A stretch of 57,495 nt of DNA, taken from contig DAIDIC010000070.1 in NCBI GenBank assembly GCA_027459525.1, positions 1 to 57,495 on the forward strand. The letters run 5' to 3'. The DNA is from Ktedonobacteria bacterium. Lineage in GTDB: Bacteria > Chloroflexota > Ktedonobacteria > Ktedonobacterales > JACDGC01. Below the pieces are notes generated by a model that was not told the origin of the DNA, did not search any database, and saw only the letters and a program-made list of their open reading frames with translations. The position numbers and the translations under genes are program-made. This document shows positions 1-9,633 of this stretch, piece by piece. The number at the start of each line of letters is the position of its first letter. The stretch's first letter is position 1.

Positions 1-1
1 T

Positions 2-1171
2 CTTTTATTGCTAGTTATGGCTTTTGTATTGGTTTCACCAACTCTTTCATTTGCGTCAACGACTAACACTGGCCCGAATACACCCACTCCTGCCACTCAT
101 ACGGCTCCATCTCCCGCCGTGCGCCTTCGTATTCCGGTAAAGCAAAACGCTACTTGGTTAGCGGAAAAATACTCTTTTCGAGTGTTCAGCGGCATTAACC
201 CAAATCTTCCGATAAAAGGGCAAAAAATTACCCCGCGCATCTTGCCTGCCAGTCTATGTCCTGTACTTCCCACAAGCAGTTCAACACCCAATCCCCTTTG
301 CCCCTCGTTACCGGCAGCTTATACCTTACCCCAAGATTCTTATAATTTAAATACGTGGGAACCCAGCAATGGCACTACACCCAATTCTCCCGGAGGTAGC
401 TCTGCGGATGATCACAACCATCTTTACAATTCAATAGAAAATGGTGTAGCAAGCAATCAAGATTTTTTTGACCTCTGCGGTCCCGGCGCTACGGATATTG
501 CCTTGGATTTTTGGCCGGCTCCGCCAAATTTACTGGAAAACTACGCTTATGACCCTGATTATGACACATATGTGTTCAATACAAAACCTCAAACGAATGG
601 GACTAGTTTACAGACCTATTGGAATGGCCTTCGCATGCGCGGCTATATGACGTATCTCGCATGGAAAACGCAGCCGCCAGATTGGCCTACCGCAGGCATG
701 ATGGATACCAGCACGTTTCCTTCTAATGGTGTGACCGAATATGATGTTCTCGAAGCGTTAAATTGGGAAGCTTCCGGAAAAAATGTAAATGGCTGGCAGA
801 ACTATTTTTACACATTAACGTGGTGGAATAATTCTTCCTCTGCTGAACTTAATAACGATGTTACTGTAGATGTTGGAAATTCACATATTCCGGTAGTGGC
901 TGAAGTTGACGCATCACTGCTGCCAAATTGGAAAGGCGCTAACAGCCTCATCAAACACCAGATTGCGATCATCGGCTACGATAACGTTCACGGAACTTAT
1001 ACCTATGTGGATACCTGCGCAAATTTCACAGGGTGCAATGGCTACGACGCTACGGATAACATTCAAAATCATCACATCGTTCCACAAGCAACCATGTGGC
1101 AGGCGATAAGATCGGTTCCTGTGAATACCAACCCGCTTCCGCAATATGGTGATGGCGGCTGGGTGTGGTAG
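2..1171 (+). CDS. Secreted papain-like (C39-like) cysteine peptidase with degenerate LysM-like N-terminal module; probably 5'-truncated by window edge
   Basis: Frame is open to the window edge. Hydrophobic signal peptide ends at SFA|ST, followed by a Pro/Thr linker and VKQNATWLAEKY...INPNLPIKGQKITP (LysM-like). Candidate catalytic motifs LCGPGA (Cys), KHQIAIIGYD (His), YVDT (Asp). Confidence 0.6.
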   Translation, partial: LLLLVMAFVLVSPTLSFASTTNTGPNTPTPATHTAPSPAVRLRIPVKQNATWLAEKYSFRVFSGINPNLPIKGQKITPRILPASLCPVLPTSSSTPNPLCPSLPAAYTLPQDSYNLNTWEPSNGTTPNSPGGSSADDHNHLYNSIENGVASNQDFFDLCGPGATDIALDFWPAPPNLLENYAYDPDYDTYVFNTKPQTNGTSLQTYWNGLRMRGYMTYLAWKTQPPDWPTAGMMDTSTFPSNGVTEYDVLEALNWEASGKNVNGWQNYFYTLTWWNNSSSAELNNDVTVDVGNSHIPVVAEVDASLLPNWKGANSLIKHQIAIIGYDNVHGTYTYVDTCANFTGCNGYDATDNIQNHHIVPQATMWQAIRSVPVNTNPLPQYGDGGWVW

Positions 1172-1324
1172 TTTCTTGGTTCAATTTTTAGCGGATTTAT
1201 GAACCTTACCCAGCGCATACACAGGTACCTTGTCCGGCTATTATCAAATCAGTTTGCCGAGCAAGATATCTGTGTAGTTTTATTTATTTTTAAATCGATT
1301 ATGTACAAAAAAGAAAGGGTTTCT

Positions 1325-2590
1325 ATGCAAAAAGATGCATCTATACTATCGCAATCACTAAAACATGCGCTGTTCCTGTTCCTCTGCTTGATGTGTGTCG
1401 GTTTTTCCGCTTGCTCCGGCGCACCCGTTGCCACCCACAAGACTCCAGCTCCTTCAGCGACATCACTTCCTACCACAACTCCAGCGCCTTCAGCGACATC
1501 GCTTCCTATCACAACTCCAGCTCCTTCTCCGCCATTCCTCGTTTCTTCACAATGGCAAGTGGCGTATATTGATAAAACGGGAACACTTCACGGTGTTACC
1601 CTCGATGGCAAACACGACCAAACAGGGTTGCAAATTCAAGACCCTGAACTCACCTTGCCACACTACTCAACTAATTTTCTATGCAGCGCCATCAGCCCGG
1701 ATGGACATACAGTGAGCATGGATCTCAGCCAATTTATGACCATCGATATCCACGGAATTACCCCTGTTCGATTAGGTCCGTTGCAATTTTTGGCGTATTA
1801 TGAACCTGTCTGGTCTCCGCAAGGAGACAAAGAAGCTGTTACAGGTGGTGATTATAATTTTTATATTATCAACACTCGTAATGGTACTCCTGTCCAAATT
1901 CCCTATGATAACCATACGAATCGCTCCGATCTTCTTGGATGGATCGACGATGCACATCTTTTACTGGGAATCCCGACGCCCGTTTCAGGGAACACTGGGG
2001 ATATCTTCTATACCATAGATTCACTGGATATTACCACCGGAAAAGCCACTGCGATAGGGACACTATACCATTCCGGGATGCCAGCAGTATCCGGGACAAT
2101 TTCTCCTGACGGCAAAACGGTTTTCATCTCTGATAGGGAGGCGCAAGATCTGCCATACAGCAGTGTCGTTGCAACCATGAATTTGCAAACCGGGCAGATT
2201 ACCCAATATCCGCATATTGCCGCTGTTTTGCAAAATAAAGATAGTATTAACAGCACTGTATGGAAGCCCGGTTCCCAAGAATTGGTGTTGACCACCGGAT
2301 TTCAAGAAAACAATGATCTCCAAACATGGATAGTGCATTTAGCCACCGACACCATCACACCCTTGGTCGCCAACCAATACGCAACCGCGTGGAATGCCGA
2401 GACCAACACCATTCTTACAATTTCCGCTAATAATGGGATGGGTGATGGGGGAAGCGATCTTGATCGGTTTGATCCGATTACCATATACGCCAATGCGCTT
2501 GATCAACAAGAACATCCAATCAGTACACTCTTAACAAAAGACGCTTATTTTACTTCAAGTTTGGGGTTCATTCCTCCATCACAACCCTAG
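1325..2590 (+). CDS. Lipoprotein with TolB/WD40-like beta-propeller
   Basis: ATG at 1325 preceded by GAAAGGG. Lipobox FSAC, Pro/Thr linker, repeated ISPDG / WSPQG / WKPGS blade motifs. Confidence 0.75.
   Translation: MQKDASILSQSLKHALFLFLCLMCVGFSACSGAPVATHKTPAPSATSLPTTTPAPSATSLPITTPAPSPPFLVSSQWQVAYIDKTGTLHGVTLDGKHDQTGLQIQDPELTLPHYSTNFLCSAISPDGHTVSMDLSQFMTIDIHGITPVRLGPLQFLAYYEPVWSPQGDKEAVTGGDYNFYIINTRNGTPVQIPYDNHTNRSDLLGWIDDAHLLLGIPTPVSGNTGDIFYTIDSLDITTGKATAIGTLYHSGMPAVSGTISPDGKTVFISDREAQDLPYSSVVATMNLQTGQITQYPHIAAVLQNKDSINSTVWKPGSQELVLTTGFQENNDLQTWIVHLATDTITPLVANQYATAWNAETNTILTISANNGMGDGGSDLDRFDPITIYANALDQQEHPISTLLTKDAYFTSSLGFIPPSQP
1442..1527 (+). repeat. In-frame 36-bp tandem repeat (~2.4 copies) encoding a TPAPSATSLP(T/I)T linker
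   Basis: Units beginning actccagc(t/g)ccttc start at 1442, 1478 and 1514. Confidence 0.9.
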
Positions 2591-2637
2591 CCGGTGGTAA
2601 CATAAGCTGGAACGGGTGTTTAAGTATATTAATACTA

Positions 2638-4221
2638 CTAACGTTTTCCAAATAAAATGGCAAGCGCGGCGTCTACCGCAGGAGGAGTAAACTCGTAAGT
2701 GGTCATATATGCTCCAAGATCGGGAAACGCCAGCCTGTCATATGGCGAATACAACGCTAAACCAATTACCGGTTTGCCGGAAGCCATACATTGTCGCATA
2801 ACTTCCACTTGCGGCGGATCGCTCAGCGCATTAACTGTGCACATGACAATCATATCTGCCGCCGCGATATGTTGCCGCAAAGATACATCATCTGCGGGTG
2901 TGTCATCGCGTTGAAAATATATGGCGGCGTTTGGTTTGCGAATATGTATTTGTTCGGCCAGATATTGCGCTGGGTAGTTTTTATCTTCCACCATCGTTAC
3001 TGTTTTCCGTTGAGGAATAATAACAAGCAATCGTTCATCATTGCTAACTCGCAGAGGAATAAGATTTTGCTGATTATACGCAATGGTTACCGAGCGAGCA
3101 TACGCTTCGCGAGCCAGCGCTTGATGCCGCAACGGATCGTATATCGCCGGAACCGTATCCCAATGAAGCCGGCGAGCTTTCAGCGCATACATGCGCGCCG
3201 CGGCATGTTCAATGTTTTGCAGTGAAATAGCGCCGGACTCATAGGCGCGGTATATTTCTTCAATCGCCGCAGATTGCAAGCTATAGGTGTGAGAAATGAG
3301 AATAAGATCATTGCCTGCTTGTATAGATTTAACCGCGCCGGCTGGCACACCTACAGTGTCTTTAACGGCGTCCATTTCCAAACAATCTGTCATAATGACG
3401 CCGGCATAAGCAAGTTCGTGACGTAACAGATCGGTAACAATTGCCGGAGCTAAACAAGCTGGCATAGTGTCACCGGTAACTGCGGGCAATGCCATATGGC
3501 CAATCATAATACTATCCGCCCCGTCAGAAATGCCCGCGATAAACGGTGGCAGTTCTATAGTATTCAATCGTTCCCGCGAATGCGCAATAATTGGCAGCGC
3601 GCGATGAGAATCTGTTGCAGTATCGCCATGTCCCGGAAAATGTTTTAAGTTGGCCGTTATGCCGGCGTCTTGGAAACCCCGCATAGCGGCGGTTCCCAAT
3701 TCACTCACCAACGCAGGATCTTCCCCAAATGACCGTACCCCAATGACAGGATTCAGCGGATTATTATTGACATCTACTACCGGCGCTAAATTCATATTTA
3801 CGCCAACGGATAACATCTCTAATGCAGTGGCAAACGCAATGCGATATGTTATTTCACGATCATGTATTGCGCCCTGCGCCATATTACCGGGAAAAAGAGT
3901 AAGATCGTTAAAGCGCCGCACCATGCCGTTTTCCTGGTCTACGGCAATAAGCAGCGGTTGTGTGTGTTTGGCTTGGCGCGCGATGGATTGCAATTTTGCC
4001 GTCAGTTCGGCAACCTGTTCTTTGGTTTTAATATTACGGGAGAAAAATACAACGCCGCCGACACGATAACGTTCAATCATATCTATAATTTCCGGTGTTG
4101 GCTCTGCGCCATAAAAACCAACCATCAGCATTTGGCCGATAGCGTTACGCAGCGATAGATCTGGAGTGTGTTTCATTGCAGCAAACCTTTCACGATAAAA
4201 GATGTTATGTGTTGAAGTCAT
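2638..4221 (-). CDS. nagZ: Beta-N-acetylhexosaminidase, GH3, two-domain, no signal peptide
   Basis: KHFPGHGDTATDSH NagZ signature, AVDQENG, IMTDCLEM. Start may be slightly downstream (MKHTPD). Confidence 0.93.
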   Translation of the reverse strand: MTSTHNIFYRERFAAMKHTPDLSLRNAIGQMLMVGFYGAEPTPEIIDMIERYRVGGVVFFSRNIKTKEQVAELTAKLQSIARQAKHTQPLLIAVDQENGMVRRFNDLTLFPGNMAQGAIHDREITYRIAFATALEMLSVGVNMNLAPVVDVNNNPLNPVIGVRSFGEDPALVSELGTAAMRGFQDAGITANLKHFPGHGDTATDSHRALPIIAHSRERLNTIELPPFIAGISDGADSIMIGHMALPAVTGDTMPACLAPAIVTDLLRHELAYAGVIMTDCLEMDAVKDTVGVPAGAVKSIQAGNDLILISHTYSLQSAAIEEIYRAYESGAISLQNIEHAAARMYALKARRLHWDTVPAIYDPLRHQALAREAYARSVTIAYNQQNLIPLRVSNDERLLVIIPQRKTVTMVEDKNYPAQYLAEQIHIRKPNAAIYFQRDDTPADDVSLRQHIAAADMIVMCTVNALSDPPQVEVMRQCMASGKPVIGLALYSPYDRLAFPDLGAYMTTYEFTPPAVDAALAILFGKR

Positions 4222-5128
4222 CGACTAAATGAGTTAACGCCGCTGTGCGCGCAACAGTCAACGCAACGTCGTACACCAATTCAATGGCAGTAATGCGTGC
4301 GGAAGCTCGCAGATACTCCAATGTGGTTTCGCGTAATTTTGGCTGCTGCAGCAAAAGGCTGCCGCCCAGCGCAAGTGAAAACGGTCCACTCAATCCGTGA
4401 CGAATTAGTCCGGTGATATGCGCCGCAAGCTGTTTAGCGGCTGTGTCTATCAGCGCTATGGCAGTTATATCTTGCTGCATTGCGGCGTCGAAAACAGTTT
4501 CCGCAATGCCGGCAATGTGCGCCTTAGAGCAGCGATCGCTGTACACATAATCAATCAGCGCATCTACATTCGGCAGCCGCCAGCGCCGCAAAATCAAATT
4601 CATCAGCAATGTGCCGTCTTCACGGCCATCATACGCCGCCATGGCAGCGCGTAAGGCGCGTACACCTAAATCATAGCCGCTGCCTTCGTCACCAATAATA
4701 TGTCCCCAGCCTCCGCAACGCAGAATAGAGCCATTCGCTGTGCGGGCAATAGCAATGCTGCCTGTGCCGGCGACCAGCGCGGCGGCGGTTCCTGCAGGAA
4801 ACACATGAAGCAGCATTTCAGCGTCATTTGAAAGATGCGCAACTGTCGCCAGCGGCTGCAGAATTGGCTGCCATACATGAAGATCTTTTTCAGTGTCTAT
4901 TCCTGCCAGCCCAATAAACGCTTCTGTAACAGTGGTCTGCCCAATCCCAGCGTTTTGAACAGCGGCATATACAGCCAACTGCGCCTGCTCAATGCCAACC
5001 GCGCGGTAATTGCTGCTGCCGGCTACTCCTCGACCAATTTCCAGCCCATGTTCATTTACAGCCACCACTCGTGTTTTGCTGCCTCCGCCATCTACTCCGA
5101 TGTATATTCGCGGCGCTTTCATATTCAT
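4205..5128 (-). CDS. BadF/BadG/BcrA/BcrD-family GlcNAc/MurNAc kinase (MurK/NagK-like)
   Basis: GVDGGGSKT, SNDAE, AGTGS, GGWGHIIGDEGSGY motifs. Overlaps murQ and nagZ. Confidence 0.88.
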   Translation of the reverse strand: MNMKAPRIYIGVDGGGSKTRVVAVNEHGLEIGRGVAGSSNYRAVGIEQAQLAVYAAVQNAGIGQTTVTEAFIGLAGIDTEKDLHVWQPILQPLATVAHLSNDAEMLLHVFPAGTAAALVAGTGSIAIARTANGSILRCGGWGHIIGDEGSGYDLGVRALRAAMAAYDGREDGTLLMNLILRRWRLPNVDALIDYVYSDRCSKAHIAGIAETVFDAAMQQDITAIALIDTAAKQLAAHITGLIRHGLSGPFSLALGGSLLLQQPKLRETTLEYLRASARITAIELVYDVALTVARTAALTHLVDDFNT

Positions 5129-6045
5129 AGGCCACGCTCTAAAGCAGCGCGCAGATTACCGCCCCGCGCCATCAGCCGGGCGCCAGCCGTCGCAGCGTCT
5201 TCTTGAAACACAATCATCACAACTGCTGTCCGCGTATCTCCCTGAGCTTGTTGTAGCGCTTGTTCCGCCACAGCTTCGTCACATCCGGTGATTGCGCGCA
5301 CCACATTCATTGCTCGCTTGCGCAATTTATCATTTGTCGCCTGCACATCAACCATCAGGTTGCCGTATGTTTTGCCAAGCAAAATCATCACACCGGTGCT
5401 CATCATATTCAAAACCATTTTTTGCGCAGTTCCGGCCTTCAACCGTGTTGAACCGGAAATAACTTCGGGGCCGACTATCGGCGCAATACATATATCCGCC
5501 AAATTTGCCAGCCGCGATGGCGCGTTGCACACCAAGCCGATAGTCAGCGCGTGATAATTTTTTGCGCAAGCGACGCCGCCCAGAACATAAGGCGTGCGTC
5601 CGCTGGCGGTAACACCAATAACACAGTCTTGCGCAGAAATATGTACAGCCAAAATATCTCTTTCACCGGCGAGCGCGTCATCTTCCAAATCTTCGGCCGC
5701 TTGGCTTAGCGCAAGTGCGCCGCCGGCGACACAGGCAATAACGCGATCCGGCGCAACATTAAACGTGGGCGGGCATTCATAAGCGTCTAACGCGCCAAGT
5801 CGGCCCGATGTTCCGGCGCCAATATATATCATGCGCCCGCCGGACCGCATACGCGCGGCGATTGCCTCAATTGCCTGCGCAATGTGCGGCGTTTCCAGAG
5901 CTACAGCCGCCGCAACGACAGCGTCTTCGGCGTTCATAGCCTGCGCAATTTCCAGTGGCGACATCTTATCAATATGGTGTGTTGCGGCGTTTGTTTGCTC
6001 TGTCAGTAAAGTTTCCAATTGATCCGGTGATCTATCGTCGTGCAT
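5125..6045 (-). CDS. murQ: N-acetylmuramic acid 6-phosphate etherase
   Basis: LLTEQTN, GAGTSGRLGALDAYECPPTF, GPEVISGSTRLKAGTAQKMVLN, GNLMVDV. Confidence 0.97.
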   Translation of the reverse strand: MHDDRSPDQLETLLTEQTNAATHHIDKMSPLEIAQAMNAEDAVVAAAVALETPHIAQAIEAIAARMRSGGRMIYIGAGTSGRLGALDAYECPPTFNVAPDRVIACVAGGALALSQAAEDLEDDALAGERDILAVHISAQDCVIGVTASGRTPYVLGGVACAKNYHALTIGLVCNAPSRLANLADICIAPIVGPEVISGSTRLKAGTAQKMVLNMMSTGVMILLGKTYGNLMVDVQATNDKLRKRAMNVVRAITGCDEAVAEQALQQAQGDTRTAVVMIVFQEDAATAGARLMARGGNLRAALERGL

Positions 6046-6069
6046 AAAAGCGCTCCAGGAAAAATTTTT

Positions 6070-6813
6070 TTATAAAAGTTGATCGCGGCGCAAATGCGTA
6101 TAAAAAACGTATTTCGAGCCGCAATACACAGAAGTGGCGTATTCAAATGGAGTGTTGCGATCGGTGTAGGTTGTGCGCCGAATAAATAATATAGCGCTGT
6201 TAACCTCAATCTCCAATTTTTGCGCGTCTTCCGGCATAGCTAAGCCGGCTTCAATTTCCTGATCGGCTTCCAACAGGGGGACGCCATATTTTTCTTCCAG
6301 CAATCTATAGAGAGAGTGCTGCTCAAGATCTTCGGAAAGCAAATTTTCACAGCCGCGAAAATGTATATGTGTGCGTTCAATAGCCAACGGCGCCTCATCT
6401 GCCAACCGCAAACGCTCTATACGGCAAATAGATTCACCAACTTCGATACGCAGAATTTCGGCGATTTTTTCATCCGCAGGGATAATTTCCTGTGAAAGCA
6501 CTCGCGCACTGGGTCGCTGCCCGCGAGCGCTGATATCTTCCGTAAACCCGGTTAACCGCATAAGCTGCTGAGTTATTTTATTTCGTGTCACAAAGGTTCC
6601 GCGCCCTTGCTCTCGATAAAATACACCTTCGTTTACCAAATCGGTAATTGCCTGGCGGGCAGTCATGCGGCTGATGCCATAAAACTCGCTGATTTCCCGC
6701 TCAGACGGAATGAGATCATTTGGCTTCCATTCACCTGCTTTAACCCGTTCTCGCAAAATTTCTTTCAGTTGGTGATAGCGGGGAATTGGACTGCCTCGAT
6801 GGATTGACTTCAA
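6070..6813 (-). CDS. nagR: GntR/HutC-family repressor with UTRA domain (NagR/DasR-like)
   Basis: PSEREISEFYGISRMTARQAI HTH, QGRGTFV, C-terminal UTRA domain. Heads the murQ operon and has dre-like sites nearby. Confidence 0.85.
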   Translation of the reverse strand: MKSIHRGSPIPRYHQLKEILRERVKAGEWKPNDLIPSEREISEFYGISRMTARQAITDLVNEGVFYREQGRGTFVTRNKITQQLMRLTGFTEDISARGQRPSARVLSQEIIPADEKIAEILRIEVGESICRIERLRLADEAPLAIERTHIHFRGCENLLSEDLEQHSLYRLLEEKYGVPLLEADQEIEAGLAMPEDAQKLEIEVNSAILFIRRTTYTDRNTPFEYATSVYCGSKYVFYTHLRRDQLL

Positions 6814-6941
6814 TGGCGGCCACCTTTCTTATAGAGCAATGTTGTATACTATGTCATCTATAAGGATAGTATATTTTTCGGGTTTGCGAAAAAACCATTC
6901 GTTTGTGTTTGTTTTTTTTCGTTAAGATGGTATAATTAGTA

Positions 6942-6957
6942 TAATGTATATACCAGT
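6942..6957. promoter_or_regulatory. dre-like (NagR/DasR) operator in the nagR/nagA divergent region
   Basis: TAATGTATATACCAGT (reverse complement ACTGGTATATACATTA) resembles the TGGT(A/C)TA(G/T)AC dre core. Confidence 0.65.
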
Positions 6958-6964
6958 TATATAC

Positions 6965-6993
6965 ATGATGACATATCTTGCTCCCACTGTCAA
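6965..6993 (-). promoter_or_regulatory. Candidate sigma70 promoter for the nagR-murQ operon
   Basis: Minus-strand TTGACA (6993-6988), 17-bp spacer ending TGt, then CATCAT. The dre-like site lies just downstream. Confidence 0.45.
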
Positions 6994-7065
6994 GTGGAGA
7001 AAGGAAGAATTTCCCCTGTTTATTGTTTTATTCTATTTATTTCATGTAACTGCGAGGAACAACGT

Positions 7066-8247
7066 ATGCGCATAACATTGCAAGGCGCGCGCATAACCGA
7101 CGCATTTACCGATTTGGCTTACGGGTCGGTAGTGATAGAGGATGGCCGCATCCTTTCGGTTGGTGGCGAAGCGGAAGTGTCTGGCGCAGTAATTGACGCT
7201 GCAGGAATGATTATTATGCCTGGGTTTATAGATATCCATACCCATGGCGGCGGCGGATACAGTTTACACACCACTCAGCCGGATGAAATTTTGCGCTACT
7301 GCCGGTGGGCAGCGGGAACCGGTGTTACCGGTTTTTTAATCGGCGTGGTTGGCGTTAACGGCGGCATGCCTTTGGCGCAGTTAAACGCGGCGACGCAAGC
7401 AATACAGGCGCACACCACGGGCGCGCAGCCCTTGGGTATTCATCTGGAGGGGCCATATATCAGTCCGCTGCGGCGCGGCGCGCATCCAACATCGTGGTTG
7501 CGCACACCGTCTGCTGAAGATACCGAGCAAATTTTAGCGGCGGCAAACGGCGCATTGCGTTTAGTTGCCATGGCTCCCGAACTACAACACGCCGAGGATA
7601 TGATTCGGCTGTTGACCGAAGCTAATGTTACGGTGAGTATCGGCCACTCTGACGCAACGTACAAACAAACAATGGAAGCGATTACACATGGCGTTTCGCA
7701 TATGACGCATTGTTTTAACGCAATGCGGCCACTGCATCACAGGGAACCCGGTCCGCTGGGCGCAATTATGTGTGCGCCACAGGTTTTTGGTGAAATTATT
7801 GGGGATGGCGTGCATGTCCACCCAGTAATGGTAGATATGATGATTCGGCTGCTGAAGCCATCCCGAGCCGTAATCATAACCGACGCGCAGGCCGGCGCAG
7901 GCTTGGGTGATTCCGCTGAGTTTGAGTTTGCCGGGCAAGTTGCGCATAACGGCGGCGGCGTAGCGCTGCTTTCAGATGGCACATTAGCGGGCAGTATTTT
8001 AACAATGGATCAGGCTTTGCGCAATATTTTAGCTATGTCGCAGCTCACCCTTTCAGAGGCGGTTGGCATGCTGACGTGGAACCCGGCGCAATCGGTGAAA
8101 GCGCAAAAAAAAGGTTTGCTTCAACCTGGTTTTGACGCAGATTTAGCAATTTTTGATGCGTCGATGACATTACAGGCAACCATTTGCCGGGGAACGGCTG
8201 CCTATACAACGAATCAATGGAGAGAACGGGCAAGCATTTTCGGTTAA
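7066..8247 (+). CDS. nagA: N-acetylglucosamine-6-phosphate deacetylase
   Basis: PGFIDIHTHG, GIHLEGPY, APE, GHSDA, THCFNAM, ITDA, GTLAGS. ATG 7066 follows GAGGA. Confidence 0.96.
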   Translation: MRITLQGARITDAFTDLAYGSVVIEDGRILSVGGEAEVSGAVIDAAGMIIMPGFIDIHTHGGGGYSLHTTQPDEILRYCRWAAGTGVTGFLIGVVGVNGGMPLAQLNAATQAIQAHTTGAQPLGIHLEGPYISPLRRGAHPTSWLRTPSAEDTEQILAAANGALRLVAMAPELQHAEDMIRLLTEANVTVSIGHSDATYKQTMEAITHGVSHMTHCFNAMRPLHHREPGPLGAIMCAPQVFGEIIGDGVHVHPVMVDMMIRLLKPSRAVIITDAQAGAGLGDSAEFEFAGQVAHNGGGVALLSDGTLAGSILTMDQALRNILAMSQLTLSEAVGMLTWNPAQSVKAQKKGLLQPGFDADLAIFDASMTLQATICRGTAAYTTNQWRERASIFG

Positions 8248-8301
8248 TTGCTATTGCATCAACATCCAGCAGATGTTTCCAGCATTCGATGTTTTGAGCA
8301 A

Positions 8302-9336
8302 TTACACGGTTTTGGTTACTTTACGTAAACTCCTTGGCGCGTCAGGATTCAGCCCCTTAACCTGCGCTAAACGCAACGCAAAAATTTGTCCGGGAATAAT
8401 ACTTGTAATAGGGCTAAGCCATTCCGGAACAGAGACCGCCAACGCAAGGCGTGTTTGCGCCAATTCCAGCGCCGCATCTGTATCGGAAATAACCAGCAGT
8501 TCTGCTCCGCTGTGCGATAAATCCTCTGCCAGCCGGCGCATATCAGCTAAAACACTCCCCTCCGGCATTATTAAAATCACCGGTGAACCGCTTTCTATAG
8601 CCGCAATCGGGCCGTGCCGAAAATCGGCGGAAGAATAAGAAACAGCCATCACATATGTTAACTCTTTCAGTTTCAGCGCTAATTCATGCGCCGTAGCGTA
8701 ATTGTATCCTCGGCCGATAACTGTGCATTGGTTCATATAGCGATATCGCTCCGCACGCTCTGCAATAGCCTGCGATCCTGCAATAACAGCTGAAACTGCT
8801 TCGGGTAAAGACTGCAGCTGCGCAATAGCGCTTTGATCTCCGCTGAAAACAGCCGCAAAAGCAGCCATAACAGCAAGCTGGGCTGTATATGTTTTTGTGG
8901 CGGCGACACTTTTTTCCTCGCCAACATGCAGCAAAACAACATGATCTGCCGCGCGCGCCAATGGTGAATTGCCGTCATTGGTAATAGCCAATGTCGGTCG
9001 CCCTTGCTTTTTACCCTCCTCAATAACCGAAATAATATCCGGTGACTGCCCGGATTGCGATATGCCGATAACCAACGCTTCATTAAAGCGCGGCGGCAGA
9101 TGATACATGGAATGCAATGAAGGTGTTGCCGGTGTAATTGGGTATCGCGCCAGCGCCGCCCAGCTATATGCGGCATAGGTCGCAGCGTGATCCGAGGAGC
9201 CTCTGGCGGCAATGACCACGTAGCGAAACATAGGCAAGCTGCGGACAATCTGTTGGATATGATCCAATTCACAGTCCAGCAGCTGCGCCAACAACGCTGG
9301 CTGGGCATAAATTTCCTGTTCAAGTAAAACAGACAT
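8302..9336 (-). CDS. Double-SIS-domain glucosamine-6-phosphate deaminase (NagB-II / GlmS-isomerase-like)
   Basis: EIYAQP, ARGSSDHA, ISQSGQSPD, VAATKTY, ELALKLKE, DFRHGP, PRSLRKVT. No glutaminase domain. ATG 9336 follows GGAGGT. Confidence 0.88.
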   Translation of the reverse strand: MSVLLEQEIYAQPALLAQLLDCELDHIQQIVRSLPMFRYVVIAARGSSDHAATYAAYSWAALARYPITPATPSLHSMYHLPPRFNEALVIGISQSGQSPDIISVIEEGKKQGRPTLAITNDGNSPLARAADHVVLLHVGEEKSVAATKTYTAQLAVMAAFAAVFSGDQSAIAQLQSLPEAVSAVIAGSQAIAERAERYRYMNQCTVIGRGYNYATAHELALKLKELTYVMAVSYSSADFRHGPIAAIESGSPVILIMPEGSVLADMRRLAEDLSHSGAELLVISDTDAALELAQTRLALAVSVPEWLSPITSIIPGQIFALRLAQVKGLNPDAPRSLRKVTKTV

Positions 9337-9397
9337 TGTAAAGAACCTCCGAAGAGTATGATCAGTCCTATCACAAATTATAACCAATTTCTGGTCT

Positions 9398-9413
9398 AGT
9401 GGTCTAGACATCT
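9398..9413. promoter_or_regulatory. dre-type NagR/DasR operator
   Basis: AGTGGTCTAGACATCT matches the palindrome AGTGGTCTAGACCACT at 14/16. An extra overlapping half-site CTGGTCTAG lies at 9391-9399. Confidence 0.85.
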
Positions 9414-9441
9414 TGACAAATAGACATCTATCATGTATACT
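9413..9441 (+). promoter_or_regulatory. sigma70-type promoter of the ABC importer operon
   Basis: TTGACA (9413-9418), 17 bp, TATACT (9436-9441). Confidence 0.8.
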
Positions 9442-9633
9442 AACTTTCAACATCTGCTGGAGATGTTAGATAACCGAATACGAATAAGCAGACTGCAGCT
9501 GTAACTTTCGTATAGCGTAAGCTGCCAAGGCAGCAGCAAGCTTTATCCCTTTCTTGAAGTAGTTTTCATCTTGAAGAATGTGAAGAGAAATCAGAGTGTG
9601 ATTTCTCATTTCTCTCAAAGTTGGGGGGTTTTT

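Noticed and set aside
1199-1324. Upstream extensions of several ORF-track starts (1199, 6994, 9453, 9571, 28532, 37563, 46322)
   Set aside because: Downstream starts have better RBSs or match family N-termini, and some extensions overlap predicted promoters or operators.
1442-1527. CRISPR array (36-bp repeat)
   Set aside because: The repeats are contiguous with no spacers and encode an in-frame Pro/Thr linker; no cas genes.
1550-2070. Diversity-generating retroelement template/variable repeat pair with 56871-57400
   Set aside because: Differences are not adenine-specific, include indels, and no reverse transcriptase is present in the window.
8302-9336. glmS (glutamine-fructose-6-phosphate aminotransferase)
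   Set aside because: Only the two SIS domains are present, with no N-terminal Cys glutaminase domain; the catabolic context favours a deaminase.
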